Shown here: positions 14,768 through 37,919 of the stretch, piece by piece
Numbering within the stretch: the first letter of the stretch is position 1
Layout: each line of letters begins with the position of its first letter
DNA from: Paraspadella gotoi
Lineage: Eukaryota; Animalia; Chaetognatha
NCBI GenBank assembly: GCA_051294375.1
Contig: CM119268.1
Coordinates: 21,502,672-21,566,671, forward strand
Direction of reading: 5' to 3'
Length of the DNA stretch: 64,000 nucleotides
The notes under the pieces: model-generated
Database searches by the model: none
The model's input: only the letters and a program-made list of their open reading frames with translations
Told to the model about the DNA's origin: nothing
Position numbers and translations under genes: made by a program

Positions 14768-15161
14768 GTAATATTAGCACATCCTCTAGTAACAGCAACG
14801 CTTGATACCGGCTCTCTATTACAGGATGATAGAATAGGTTTAAATGCGTCCATCGTAGGTCGGCTATGACAGTCTGTTACAATCATTTCGCGCCCTTGTC
14901 ATACTGACTGACCAGTGACCACCCTCTCATTGACCTAGTTATCAATATCACATACAAAATCAAATTAGGGTGAAGACATTTGATATTAAGTTTTATTTTT
15001 TGAGAATCTGTTATTTACGACAAAATTTAATATTTCATTTTAAAAGTTTAAATGAGAGAGTGGAGAAAGATATTTGCAAATTACAATAAAACCGACAGGC
15101 ATACACATTACACAAAAATACATTCATTTAATGCTAATCTTATGATTTTTTTCTTTTTTAG

Positions 15162-25002
<9,841 letters not shown>

Positions 25003-25333
25003 TAATATAAATAATAATATGATTGATTGTAATATGATTAATATAAAGAGGGAAGATTGAAGACGAGCTAAAGGGACGAGCGGAACAAACTTCTTTGAGC
25101 AAGAGAACACGCCTCAAGGCTCTAGTTTCTTCCAAGTCAACAAGCATAAAAAAATAAGAGAAAAAGACATTTGAAAATTTTTCAAAATATTTCAATTTTG
25201 CCGTAAATTCATAGAAATTTTGCTTTGTAGAAAGAAAATAAAAGTGAATACGTAACTAACATTTAAAGCTGCAATTTTTTCTCTTTTATTTCTTTTAGAA
25301 TAGTGTGGTTCACATTACTACCGAAATTTACTG

Positions 25334-25388
<55 letters not shown>

Positions 25389-25733
25389 CCAAACCGTTTT
25401 TCTTTGTCGTCCACAAATATCTGAGCAATGATATCTTCCTAAACATCTCTTTATCATCTATTCTACGCTAGAAATAAATTCTGTTGTGTTGAGGGTAAAG
25501 AAATGAAACCCTATTGCAAAAATTTATGTTTAGGAATAAAAAAATTTGTAAAAATTCAGCCATTTTATTCAAGGTAAGCTTGGTCCTATTTATGTCATGA
25601 ATTTAAAAAAACTAGATCGGTTCATCAATGTGTTCATCAATGTGTTGCGCCGCAGTGCCTTTTTATTCTTGTGTATTTCTCGAGACATGACATGACATGA
25701 CTACGTGGCTACAATAACTCTCTTACTAAAAGT

Positions 25734-25790
25734 GTGCGTGTCATAAATACACAGGCTAAGAATCTTAGCCTGTGTATTTATGGCACGCAC
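25734..25790. repeat. 57-bp near-perfect palindrome
   Basis: gtgcgtgtcataaatacacaggctaaga-a-tcttagcctgtgtatttatggcacgcac: 28-bp arms, one G-T mismatch, 1-nt loop. Confidence 0.92.
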
Positions 25791-25861
25791 TACATAGGAA
25801 TTCTGTCTTTTATTCTTTATAGTTTAGGATTTCCTGAAATCGGCGCTATGTGCATTTATAA

Positions 25862-25892
25862 TGCAGCTGTTGGTTTCGAACCCACGCCTCCG
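25862..25892 (-). pseudogene. Fragment of the 3' half of tRNA-Leu
   Basis: Minus strand CGGAGGCGTGGGTTCGAAACCAACAGCTGCA resembles the tRNA-Leu variable arm/T-arm/acceptor; mirror copy at ~37341-37371. Confidence 0.55.
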
Positions 25893-26027
25893 TCTATTTA
25901 CTTAAACGAAGGCATGCCCGAGCATGAGGCATACCGCAAAAACATTACAAAATAAAGTGAAAGTCATGCCCGGACAGAAACTGACAAAAGGATGACGCAA
26001 TATCTACAACAATGACATCATCTCATA

Positions 26028-26266
26028 AAAGGCATGCCCGAACCTAAACCGACCAAAGGTATACCCGGACCGAAACCGACAAAAGGCATGCCCAAACCGA
26101 AACCGACCAAAGGCATGCCCGAACCGAAACCGACCAAAGGCATTCTCAACGAAACTGACCAAAGGCATGCCCGAACCGAAACCGACAAAAGGCATGCCCA
26201 ACGAAACCGACCAAAGGCATGCTCGAACCGAAATCGACCAAAGGCATGCCCGAACCGAAACCGAAA
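26028..26266 (+). repeat. 27-bp minisatellite (aaaggcatgcccgaaccgaaaccgacc), about 9 units
   Basis: Tandem units flanked by direct repeats tgacgcaatatctacaa.aatgacatc (25994, 26275); mirror copy at ~36968-37207. Confidence 0.9.
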
Positions 26267-27734
26267 ATGGGCTGACGCAATATCTACAAAAATGACATCT
26301 CGCATCATGAGAGGAAAACTAAACATAGAGTAGATATGTCGCTCCGCGCTTAGAAATAAAAATCCGAAAGAACAAAGCGGTTTCTGATAATTTTGGTTCA
26401 TCGCAATTTTTGCACCAGTAGCGCAGTAAATATTACAAAACCATGGATGATTTCTGAAACTAGTCTTTGAGATATCCAATGCAGCGGGAACAAAGTAAAT
26501 CCATAAAGGTCTTGACTAAAAAATACTGAGAATAAACAGGGCGCTTAGTCTCATTTCTATTGAGTTTTTTTTATTTTGCGGTATTTACTGTATAAGTCAA
26601 ATAAATATACAGCAGTTGTGCACTGATTCCGATTCTGTTGGGTTTAGCCTATCTTTCAAGCACATAACGAAAAAAATAAATTGACGTCATAGTAGGGTAG
26701 TCTGGTGATTTTTTATTTTAATTAAGACATTTTTTTTCACCTGCTGTCATGTAGCAGACATTGTTAGCTTTCATATGATACCTCACATGATGCATTATGA
26801 TATAAAAAAAATTGTGATAATTTTTTTCTGCCATGCCTTGTAGAAACAGCTTAATCTTATATTTACATTTGTAATAATTGGGACTAATAAATTTTGATAT
26901 TTTCTGTCTATAACTATTCAATGTTGATCTTCTGTATCATAAATATTGACGAAAATTTTTTTTAAATTAATTTATTTTTGAAATTTTTATCAATTTTTTG
27001 TCAGAATTGATTTTTTTATGATAAAAATAAAAAAAATAATTTTAATATAATTGAAAGAGTTTATATTAGTCTGCTTTAACATGAGATGCCATAAGGAAAA
27101 AAATTGATGTGAAAAAGCTTTGAAATTAACCTTGGGTAAGTTATCACTCAACTGCTTTTTCTTTATTTTTAAAAGATTGTTTTTCTAAATAGTTTCCCTA
27201 CTTATTTTAATTTGATTTAGGTTGAAAATGGTTGACACCTATCGCTACAGATATTTGATGCTGAATTTGTTCAGCTAATTTCATATTATAAATATATTAT
27301 AATAAAGAAAAGTAAGAGACTGTCCTTGATTAAAATTAATTTATTCTCATTAGATGTTTTGGACCAATCAACTTTGATGTCCTATAACTTTCTGACGCTT
27401 TGATCGATTTTAATAGGATCTGGACCAATCGCTTTATCTTTCAATAAGCTTTGTTTTATATTTCTATATCTCAGTGAAATTCTTCATCCAATATAGTTTT
27501 TTCCGGTGTGAAAGAAGTGTCTAGGAAAGTTCATTAAATCAGGCTTAACAAGAATCTGTAAAAAAAAAATTTGATAATGTTTAGTACCCTTCCATGATGT
27601 TGAAGCTGCTCGTCAACAACATACGCAGCCAAGTACTTAAAATTTTATCAATTTGAACCAAAATTCCTGGATGGGTCAATTATCATCTGCTCTATCTGTT
27701 AAAAAAACCCCATCAAAATTGGATCATATTTTGA

Positions 27735-28051
27735 CCTCAACTTGGTGACGAACTTTCTACCAACAACAACAATTCACTGAAGAGACGCAACAGACTTCTC
27801 CCTACGGGAGGGTGGATGTATGGTGGACTAAAATCCACCAACCATTCATCAGCGGCCATGGTGCTGGAGGCAAGTCATTCGCCTCCCAACCCAAAGGTCC
27901 GGGGCTCTAGCCCGGTGGTCGTCTGGCAGTTAAGAGGGACGGGGCGCTAAACCCGCCTGTAACATGGTGTTACAGCCTGATCCGAAGCTCAGGGACTGCT
28001 TATATTGAACGGTTCTGTCATTAACACTTATCAATAATTACTGTCTCTTCA
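27735..28051 (+). mobile_element. tRNA-LTR TRIM family A, 5'-truncated (part of the internal region, PPT, 3' LTR)
   Basis: cctcaacttggtgacgaac...gggagggtggatg then TATGGTGG...ctgtctcttCA; mirror copy at 35170-35489. Confidence 0.85.
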
Positions 28052-28298
28052 ATAGGTTAAATAAAACAAGCCTGACAAGACTAAACTACAAAAATCAAAT
28101 TAGGTATGTTTAACATCTCTGTTTACCCCCTCCGTGATGTTTAAGTTGCTCATCAACCACATAAACGCAGCTAAGAACTTAAAATTAATCAATTTGAACC
28201 AAACTTCCGAGATGGGTCAATTATCATCTGTTCAAAAAAAACCTAGTATCAAAATTGGATCACATTTTGACCTTTTAAATAGATGTTAAAGACAATCG

Positions 28299-28953
28299 TA
28301 TGGTGAACTAAAATCCACCAACCGTTCATCAGCGGCCATTGGTGCCGGAGGCAAGTCATTCGCCTCCCAACCCAAAGGTCCGGGGTTCTAGCCCGGTGGT
28401 CGTCTGGCAGTTAAGAGGGACGGGGCGCTTAACCCGCCTGTAACATGGTGTTACAGCCTGATCCGAAGCTCAGGGACTGCTTATATTTGAACGGTTCTGT
28501 CATTAACACTTATCAATAATTACTGTCTCTTCATTGGTGAGCCCGACTTCCGAACACAACAGCAACAACAACACTTTCAGGCGACATGCCTCAACCTGGC
28601 GATGCACTTTCCGCCCACAACACATCAGGCGACATGCCTCAACTTGGTGACGAACTTTCCACCAACAACAACAATTCACTGAAGAGACGCAACAGACTTC
28701 TCCCTATGGGAGGGGGAGATGTATGGTGAACTAAAATCCACCAACCGTTCATCAGCGGCCATTGGTGCCGGAGGCAAGTCATTCGCCTCCCAACCCAAAA
28801 GTCCGGGTTCTAGCCCGGTGGTCGTCTGGCAGTTAAGAGGGACGGGCGCTTAACCCGCCTGTAACATGGTGTTACAGCCTGATCCGAAGCTCAGGGACTG
28901 CTTATATTGAACGGTTCTGTCATTAACACTTATCAATAATTACTGTCTCTTCA
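28299..28953 (+). mobile_element. Full-length 655-bp TRIM (family A) with a tRNA-like module in each LTR (Helenus-type architecture)
   Basis: LTR1 28299-28533 and LTR2 28722-28953 nearly identical; PBS TGGTGAGCCCGAC 28535-28547; PPT GGGAGGGGGAGA 28708-28719; TSD ATCG on both sides; empty site gacaatcgtctataattaaaa in a paralogous host unit at ~33620. Confidence 0.92.
28332..28403 (+). other. tRNA-Gly(CCC)-like module within the LTR (putative Pol III promoter; not a functional tRNA)
   Basis: 72 nt; acceptor-like pairing GCGGCCA/TGGTCG(T/C), loop CT-CCC-AA preceded by TTCGC as in tRNA-Gly, T-stem CCGGG/CCCGG with B-box-like GGTTCTAGCC; anticodon stem disrupted. Confidence 0.75.
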
Positions 28954-30015
28954 ATCGTCCATAATTAAAACTATTTATTTTTTAATATTTTTTTTTAAAA
29001 TTGTTATCAAACTTTGTAAATAGGTTATTTAAAACAAGCCGAACAACACTAAAATAAAAAAAATGAAATTAGGTATGTTTAACACCTCCGTTTACTCTCT
29101 CTGTGAGGTTAAAGTTTCTTGTCAACAGCATAAACGCAGGCAGAAACTTAAAAATAATCAATTTGAACCAAACTTCTTAAATGGGTTTAATTATCATCTG
29201 CTCTATCTGTTGAAAAAAACCCCATCAAAATCGGATCATATTTTGACATTTTTAAGAGACGTTTAAGACAATTATCATTAATTAAAACCATTATTTTTTT
29301 AATAATTTTTTTTAATTAAATAGGTTATTTACAACAAGCTTAACATTGACCCATTTAGGAAGTTTGGTTCAAATTGATTAATTTTAGGTTCCTGCCTGTG
29401 TTTACGCTGTTTATGAGCAACTTCAACATCACGGAGAATGTAAACGGAGGTGTTAAACATACCTAATTTTATTTTTTTATTTTAGTCTTGTTAGGCTTGT
29501 TTTAAATAACCTATTTACAAAGTTTTATAACAATTTTTTTTAATTTATTAAAATAAAGTTTTAAATTAAGACGATTGTTTTAACGTCTATTAAAAGGTCT
29601 AAATGTGATCCGATTTTGATGGGGTTTTTTTTAACGAATACAGTATTGATAATTGATAATTGATAATTGACCCATCTAAGAAGGTTTGGTTGAAATTGAT
29701 TGAAACAATTGATTGATTGAAAGGCATCTTCAACATCATGAAGGGGCTGCTAAAACGTTTTTTTTTTTTACAGATTCTTGTTAAGCTGATTAAATAACCT
29801 TCTACCATGTTTTATTTAATTTTAAAAAATAATTCAAGAAAATCCTGATTTTCTTAAGGGAGAACCATTCAACATGTCTTTAAGAAGGTAAAGACATGTC
29901 CCGATTTCAAAAATTTTTTTTTTAAATTTCTTCAAATATTAAAGAATATACATATAAATTTTTATTCAATTTATTGACTAAATAAAAAATGGCTAACACT
30001 TCTTATATATTGAAA

Positions 30016-32543
30016 GCCACTTCAACATCCTCAATTACGAGGAGACCCTCAATTTTTAATCCTCCTCTCGACTGAAAAGTTGCATTATGTTATTAATTAA
30101 GAACTTCGTACAAATTTGGTGCTGTATACAATTCCTTAAGAGACTTCAGTAAAGAACCTCTGGGTTTTTCCGTCAGAGACTTAGTCTATGATAGAAATTT
30201 GATTACATTCCCATTTGCAGCAGATGATTTTTACTTTTTGGCTGTTGAAGAGTCTAATAGTGTAATAGTTTTGTAATGTTTTGGTCACAATATTTTCCTT
30301 TTAGATTTTCGAATACTTGATTTATTTCTCTTCTTCAGCTATGCGACGATGTTGCCACGATTATGCCCCTCGTCCTTCGCAAATTAAATATTCACTGATG
30401 GAGGAAAGATACTTTGACGCCACGCGGGGAACATTAAACAAATGGTCAAAACCGAGACACTTTTTGGCCAAGAGCGAAGCCTATGTCTGGTTGGCTCCTA
30501 GTAGTTTTTTTAAAAGAGGAGTGTAGAAAAAGTGAAAAAATAACTTAATCCACGAATTAATAATAGCATAAATTTACTTTTTCAAACTATTATTGAAAAA
30601 ATATTTATTTTTATAAGCTGAAAGCAAATACACTTCAGTAACTAACATGTGCAGTATGATTTTTCTCGTTTTTAACAATATATTGTGGCAATATCTCAGG
30701 GTCCCTTTCCCCTAGAGAGTTAAATTTTGGCTCATACTTGTAGCATGCCGTTTGAACTTTCTGAATATATAATTATTACATAAATTCTGATAATTTTTAT
30801 AGTATTGACAGTTCTTGGCCCCAATGAAGTCTTCAAATTTGTCGATAAACTTTTTATTTTTTATATTTTTTGATGCGCTTCGCGAAGTCACAACCAATCA
30901 AAATTTTTAAAGTTTAAATGGAATAGTATGCATAATACAGTGTAACACTCAAGAAACAAAAAATTATTTTGAATGATCGAACAAGGAGATTGTAGATTGT
31001 GACATAGTAAATAAATATTTGTTCATATGTCTGAGAACAGAATAGTAAAAGGTCACGAAACGATCGACGTCCTTGTAGATAACTTCTCAATAAAATATCA
31101 ATTTTTGATCTGAGATATAAGTTATTTTTTTAAAAACTTTATAATAAAAAAATCAGATTCTTCATAAAAAGTTGAATCAAAAAATATTTAAAACATATCT
31201 GTAAAATTCTTGTTATTCTACAAGCATTTTAAAAAAAACGGGAAAAAAAGGGTGAAAATTCAGGGGTTTTTATTCTCTGTAGTAGAAACTTATATTTAAT
31301 TTAAAACGTTTTAGTATATTTTTATAAATCCAAATATTAAAATGTATATATATATTTTTAAATATTGTTCTTAAATAAAATAAATTTTAAATTTAATGAT
31401 TTTAAGAATATTATACACATTAATTTGGAATTGTACTTATAGAGACTGTTTGAAAAAAAAATTTAAAAGAATTTGAAATTATTTGAATTAAAAACGTCCA
31501 TAGAGCAAATACATAATGGTTCAATACTCATCTTTTCATACTCATAATGCATATATTTGGGCATTTTGCCTGCTCTTCAATGTGGTATCAGATTTCTATT
31601 GGTTTAAAATCTTAGGTTGATTAATATTTTCTAAATAAATAGGAGAAGATTTTTTTTATAAAGCCTTCAGGCTTGATTTTTAAATATTTTTTAATTTTAA
31701 ATTATAGTTATATAAATTTAAAAATTATTAATGAGTACATGAAAAGACAGTGATTTGACATCGTGTTTATGAAGAAGCGTTCAATATAGCAGTCTGGCTT
31801 TGGATAAGGCTGGACACGAGTTAGGGGGTTAAGCGCGATCCCGTCTCTCTAACTTGAAGGGACAACTGGGATAAAACCCAGACAGCCTTTGGGTTGGGAG
31901 GCGAATGACTTGCCGGAATGCAACAATGGGCCTGATGAGCGGTTGGTGGATTTTTGTCGGATCTGCCTTATTAGCAGATATTTAAATTTCAGAAATCGAT
32001 CTATATTATTTGTCGGTCGTGTGCCACAACCAAAATCTTGTGGGCATTTCACTTATATAATGTAGAAATTGATTATTGATTTTATTTATTTATTAATTTT
32101 ATAAAAAAAGATATGTCCGTCCGTTGTCTGTCGTTCTCCGTTCGTCCTCATTAGCAAAAAACTCATTACTCGTCGATTGATTGTTGGATTTGGAATGACC
32201 GACTTTTGTTTATTGTGCTGTGTAGGAGAAAGTGTGGCGAAGTTGATTTTTTTTTCATTCTGGATATAACCATAAGTTTTTGATGGATGTGGAGTTGAAA
32301 ATGAGGGTGAAATGGAAAATAACAAAATTATTTACACTATATTGAACGCCAATTACTTGAGTAAGATTAGACAGAATTGACTTAAATTTTTGTTTGGGTA
32401 GAAAGAGTGTGTGATTAAAACCTGGAATAGGTTTCGATGGAATGTTGAGGTGGAAATGATTTTAAATAGAAAAGAAAGAATGTTTCACTATTTTGTCCTG
32501 AAATTGTAGTAGACCGTAGTATATTTGGTTTATTGTACGCTTA
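30016..32543 (+). repeat. Indel-rich direct duplicate of 39813-40882 plus ~41430-42875
   Basis: Both start gccacttcaacatcctcaa and include the same LTR/HINE junction (31740-31960 vs 42100-42330). Confidence 0.8.
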
Positions 32544-33180
32544 NNNNNNNNNNNNNNNNNNNNNNNNNAAAATTATTTGAATGATCGAACAAGGAGATTT
32601 AGATGTGACATAGTACAAAAAATATTTTGTTCATATCGTCTCGGGAACAGAATAGTAAAATATAATATATTTGTTGTAATATTCTTATAAAATAATAAAT
32701 TTTTAAAATTAATTTTTTTAAAACTTTTAATAAAAAATCAGATTCTTCATAAAAAGTTGAATCAAAAATATAAAANNNNNNNNNNNNNNNNNNNNNNNNN
32801 NNNNNNNNNNNNNNNNNNNNNNNNNNNNNNNNNNNNNNNNNNNNNNNNNNNNNNNNNNNNNNNNNNNNNNNNNNNNNNNNNNNNNNNNNNNNNNNNNNNN
32901 NNNNNNNNNNNNNNNNNNNNNNNNNNNNNNNNNNNNNNNNNNNNNNNNNNNNNNNNNNNNNNNNNNNNNNNNNNNNNNNNNNNNNNNNNNNNNNNNNNNN
33001 NNNNNNNNNNNNNNNNNNNNNNNNNNNNNNNNNNNNNNNNNACTTATATATGTTAAAACGTTTTAGTCATTTTTTATAATCCAAATATTAAAATGTCATA
33101 TAATATATTTTACAAATCTGTTCTTAAAAATAAAATAAAAAATTTTAAATTTNNNNNNNNNNNNNNNNNNNNNNNNNTTG

Positions 33181-36100
33181 TCAATATATGAAGGTGTAGC
33201 CATTTTTTATTTATCAATTAAATTGAATAAAAATTTATATGTATATTCTTTATAATATTTGAAAGAATTTAAAAAAATATGTTTTTGAAATCGGAGCATG
33301 TCTTTACCTTCTTAAAGGATGTTGAAGTGGTTTCGTCCCTTAAGAAAATCAGGATTTTTCTTTGAATTATTTTTTAAAAATTAATAAAACATGGTAGGAA
33401 GGTTTATTTAATCAGGCTTAACAAGAATCTGTAAAAAAAAAAAACGTTTAGCAGCCCCTTCATGATGTTGAAAGTTGCTTGTCAATCAATCAATTGCTTG
33501 TCAATCAATTTGAACCAAACTTCTTAGATGGGTCAATTATCAATTATCAATTACTGTATCTTGTTAAAAAAACCCCATCAAAATCGGATCACATTTAGAC
33601 CTTTTTAATAGACGTTAAAGACAATCGTCTATAATTAAAACTTTATTTTTTAATAAATTTTTAAAAAAAATTGTTTATAAAACTTTGTAAATAGGTTATT
33701 TAAAACAAGCCCTAACAAGACTAAAATAAAAAAATAAAAATTAGGTATGTTTAACACCTCCGTTTACATTCTCCGTGATGTTGAAGTTGCTCATAAACAG
33801 CGTAAACACAGCAGGAACCTAAAATTAATCAATTTGAACCAAACTTTCCCTAAATGGGTCAATGTTAGCTTGTTGTAAATAACCTATTTAATTAAAAAAA
33901 TTATTAAAAAAATAATGGTTTTAATTAATGATAATTGTCTTAAACGTCTCTTAAAATGTCAAAATATGATCTTGATTTTGATGGGGTTTTTTTTCAACAG
34001 ATAGAGCAGATGATAATTAAACCCATTTAAAAAGTTTGGTTTCAAATTGATTATTTTTTAAGTTTCTGCCTGCGTTTATGCTGTTGACAAGAAACTTTAA
34101 CCTCACAGAGAGAGTAAACGGAGGTGTTAAATATACCTAATTTCATTTTTTTTTATTTTAGTGTTGTTCGGCTTGTTTTAAATAACCTATTTACAAAGTT
34201 TGATAACAATTTAAAAAAAATATTAAAAAAATAAATAGTTTTAATTATGGACGATTGAAGAGACAGTAATTATTGATAAGTGTTAATGACAGAACCGTTC
34301 AATATAAGCAGTCCCTGAGCTTCGGATCAGGCTGTAACACCATGTTACAGGCGGGTTAAGCGCCCCGTCCCTCTTAATGCCAGACGACCACCGGGCTAGA
34401 ACCCCGGACTTTTGGGTTGGGAGGCGAATGACTTGCCTCCGGCCACCAATGGCCGCTGAATGAACGGTTGGTGGATTTTAGTTCACCATACATCTCCCCC
34501 TCCCCATAGGGAGAAGTCTGTTTGCGTCTCTTCAGTGAATTGTTGTTGTTGGTTGGAAAGTTCGTCACCAAGTTGAGGCATGTCGCCTGATGTGTTGTGG
34601 CGGAAAGTGCATCGCCAGGTTGAGGCATGTCGCCTGAAAGTGTTGTTGTTGCTGTTGTGTTCGGGAAGTCGGCTCACCAATTGAAGAGACAGTGAATTAT
34701 TGATAATGTTAATGACAGAACCGTTCAATATAAGCAGTCCCTGAGCTTCGGATCAGGCTGGTAACACCATTTAACAGGCTGGTTAAGCGCCCCGTCCCTC
34801 TTAACTGCAGACGACCACGCGGGTAAGAACCCCAGGACCTTTGGGTTGGGAGGCGAATGACTTGCCTTCCGGCACCAATGGCCGCTGATTGAGCGGTGGT
34901 GGATTTTAGTTCACCATGACGATTGTCTTTAACATCTATTTAAAAGGTCAAAATGTGATCCAATTTTGATACTAGGTTTTTTTTGAAACAGATGATAATT
35001 GACCCATCTCGGAAGTTTTGGTTCAAATTGATTAATTTTAAGTTCTTAGCTGCGTTTATGTGGTTGATGAGCAACTTAAACATCACGGAGGGGGTAAACA
35101 GAGATGTTAAACATAACCTAATTTGATTTTTGTAGTTTAGTCTTGTCAGGCTTGTTTTATTTAACCTATTGAAAGAGACAGTAATTATTGATAAGTGTTA
35201 ATGACAGAACCGTTCAATATAAGCAGTCCCTGAGCTTCGGATCAGGCTGTAACACCATGTTACAGGCGGGTTTAGCGCCCCGTCCCTCTTAACTGCCAGA
35301 CGACCACCGGGCTAGAGCCCGGACCTTTGGGTTGGGAGGCGAATGACTTGCCTCCAGCACCATTGGCCGCTGATGAATGGTTGGTGGATTTTAGTCCACC
35401 CATACATCCCACCCTCCCGTAGGGAGAAGTCTGTTGCGTCTCTTCAGTGAATTGTTGTTGTTGGTAGAAAGTTCGTCACCAAGTTGAGGTCAAAATATGA
35501 TCCAATTTTGATGGGGTTTTTTTAACAGATAGAGCAGATGATAATTGACCCATCCAGGAATTTTGGTTCAAATTGATAAAATTTTAAGTACTTGGCTGCG
35601 TATGTTGTTGACGAGCAGCTTCAACATCATGGAAGGGTACTAAACATTATCAAATTTTTTTTTTACAGATTCTTGTTAAAGCCTGATTTAATGAACTTTC
35701 CTAGACACTTCTTTCACACCGGAAAAAAACTATATTGGATGAAGAATTTCACTGAGATATAGAAATATAAAACAAAGCTTATTGAAAGATAAAGCGATTG
35801 GTCCAGATCCTATTAAAATCGATCAAAGCGTCAGAAAGTTATAGGACATCAAAGTTGATTGGTCCAAAACATCTAATGAGAATAAATTAATTTTAATCAA
35901 GGACAGTCTCTTACTTTTCTTTATTAATAATATATTTATAATATGAAATTAGCTGAACAAATTCAGCATCAAATATCTGTAGCGCATAGGTGTCAACCAT
36001 TTTCAACCTAAATCAAATTAAAATAAGTAGGGAAACTATTTAGAAAAACAATCTTTTAAAAAATTAAAGAAAAAGCAGTTGAGTGATAACTTACCCAGCG

Positions 36101-37850
36101 TTAATTTCAAAGCTTTTTCACATCAATTTTTTTTCCTTATGGCATCTCATGTTAAAGCAGACTAATATAACTCTTTCAATTTATATTAAAATTATTTTTT
36201 TATTTTTATCATAAAAAAATCAATTCTGACAAAAAATTGACTAAAAATTTTCAAAAATAAAATTTAATTTAAAAAAAATTTTCGTCAATATTTATGATAC
36301 AGAAGATCAAACATTGAATAGTTATAGACAGAAAATATCAAAATTTATTAGTCCAATATTACAAATGTAAATATAAGATTAAGCTGTTTTCTACAAGGCA
36401 TGGCAGAAAAAAATTATCACAATTTTTTTATATCATAATGCATCATGTGAGGTATCATATGAAAGCTAACAATGTCTGCTACATGACAGCAGGTGAAAAA
36501 AAATGTCTTAATTAAAATAAAAAATCACCAGACTACCCTACTATGACGTCAATTTATTTTTTTCGTTATGTGCTTGAAAGATAGGCTAAACCAACAGAAT
36601 CGGAATCAGTGCACAACTGCTGTGATATTTATTTGACTTATACAGTAAATACCGCAAAATAAAAAAAACTCAATAGAAATGAGACTAAGCGCCCTGTTTA
36701 TTCTCAGTATTTTTAGTCAAGACCTTTATGGATTTACTTTGTTCCCGCTGCATTGGATATCTCAAAGACTAGTTTCAGAAATTCATCCATGGTTTTGTAA
36801 TATTTTACTGCGCTAACTGGTGCAAAATTGCGATGAACCAAAATTATCAGAAACCGCTTTGTTCTTTCGGATTTTTTATTTCTAAGCGCGGAGCGACATA
36901 TCTACTCTATGTTTAGTTTTCCTCTCATGATGCGAGATGTCATTTTTGTAGATATTGCGTCAGCCCATTTTCGGTTTCGGTTCGGGCATGCCTTTGGTCG
37001 ATTTCGGTTCGAGCATGCCTTTGGTCGGTTTCGTTGGGCATGCCTTTTGTCGGTTTGCGTTCGGGCATGCCTTTGGTCAGTTTCGTTGGGAATGCCTTTT
37101 GGTCGGTTTCGGTTCGGGCATGCCTTTGGTCGGTTTCGGTTTGGGCATGCCTTTTGTCGGTTTCGGTCCGGGTATACCTTTGGTCGGTTTAGGTTCGGGA
37201 TGCCTTTATGAGATGATGTCATTGTTGTAGATATTGCGTCATCCTTTGTCAGTTTCTGTCCGGGCATGACTTTCACTTTATTTTGTAATGTTTTTGCGGT
37301 ATGCCTCATGCTCGGGCATGCCTTCGTTTAAGTAAATAGACGGAGGCGTGGGTTCGAAACCAACAGCTGCATTATAATGCACATAGCGCCGATTTCAGGA
37401 AATCCTAAACTATAAAGAATAAAAGACAGAATTCCTATGTAGTGGCGTGCCATAAATACACAGGCTAAGATTCTTAGCCTGTGTATTTATGAACACGCAC
37501 ACTTTTAGTAAGAGAGTTATTGTAGCACGTAGTCATGTCATGTCATGTCTCGAGAAATACACAAGAATAAAAAGGCACTGCCGGCGCAACACATTTGATG
37601 AACACATTGATGAACCGATTCTAGTTTTTTTAAATTCATGACATAAAATAGACCAAGCTTACCTTGAATAAAATGGCTGAATTTTTTACAAATTTTTTTA
37701 TTCCTAAACATAAATTTTTGCAATAGGGTTTCATTTCTTTACCCTCAACACAACAGAATTTATTTCTAGCGTAGAATAGATGATTATATAGATGTTTAGA
37801 AAGATATCATTGCTCAATATTTGATGGACGACAAAAGAAAAACGGTTGGG

Positions 37851-37919
<69 letters not shown>

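Larger units (their letters stand above)
27535..29795. repeat. Array of a ~300-bp unit (three direct, two inverted copies) hosting two TRIM insertions
   Basis: Recurring block gatgttgaagttgctc...aatttgaaccaaacttc...atgggtcaattatcatctg...ccatcaaaat.ggatca.attttgac; orientation switches near 29345. Confidence 0.75.

Noticed and set aside
26028-26266. CRISPR-like periodicity (also 63071-63360, 17510-17620)
   Set aside because: Contiguous tandem units without unique spacers, no cas genes, eukaryotic context
28332-28403. Functional tRNA-Gly gene
   Set aside because: Anticodon stem has C-C mismatches, the T-loop is non-canonical, and it always lies inside the LTR
28408-28480. Structured LTR segment as a twister or HDV-like ribozyme
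   Set aside because: Hairpins are present, but I could not place the conserved catalytic nucleotides or pseudoknots; an Infernal search would be needed
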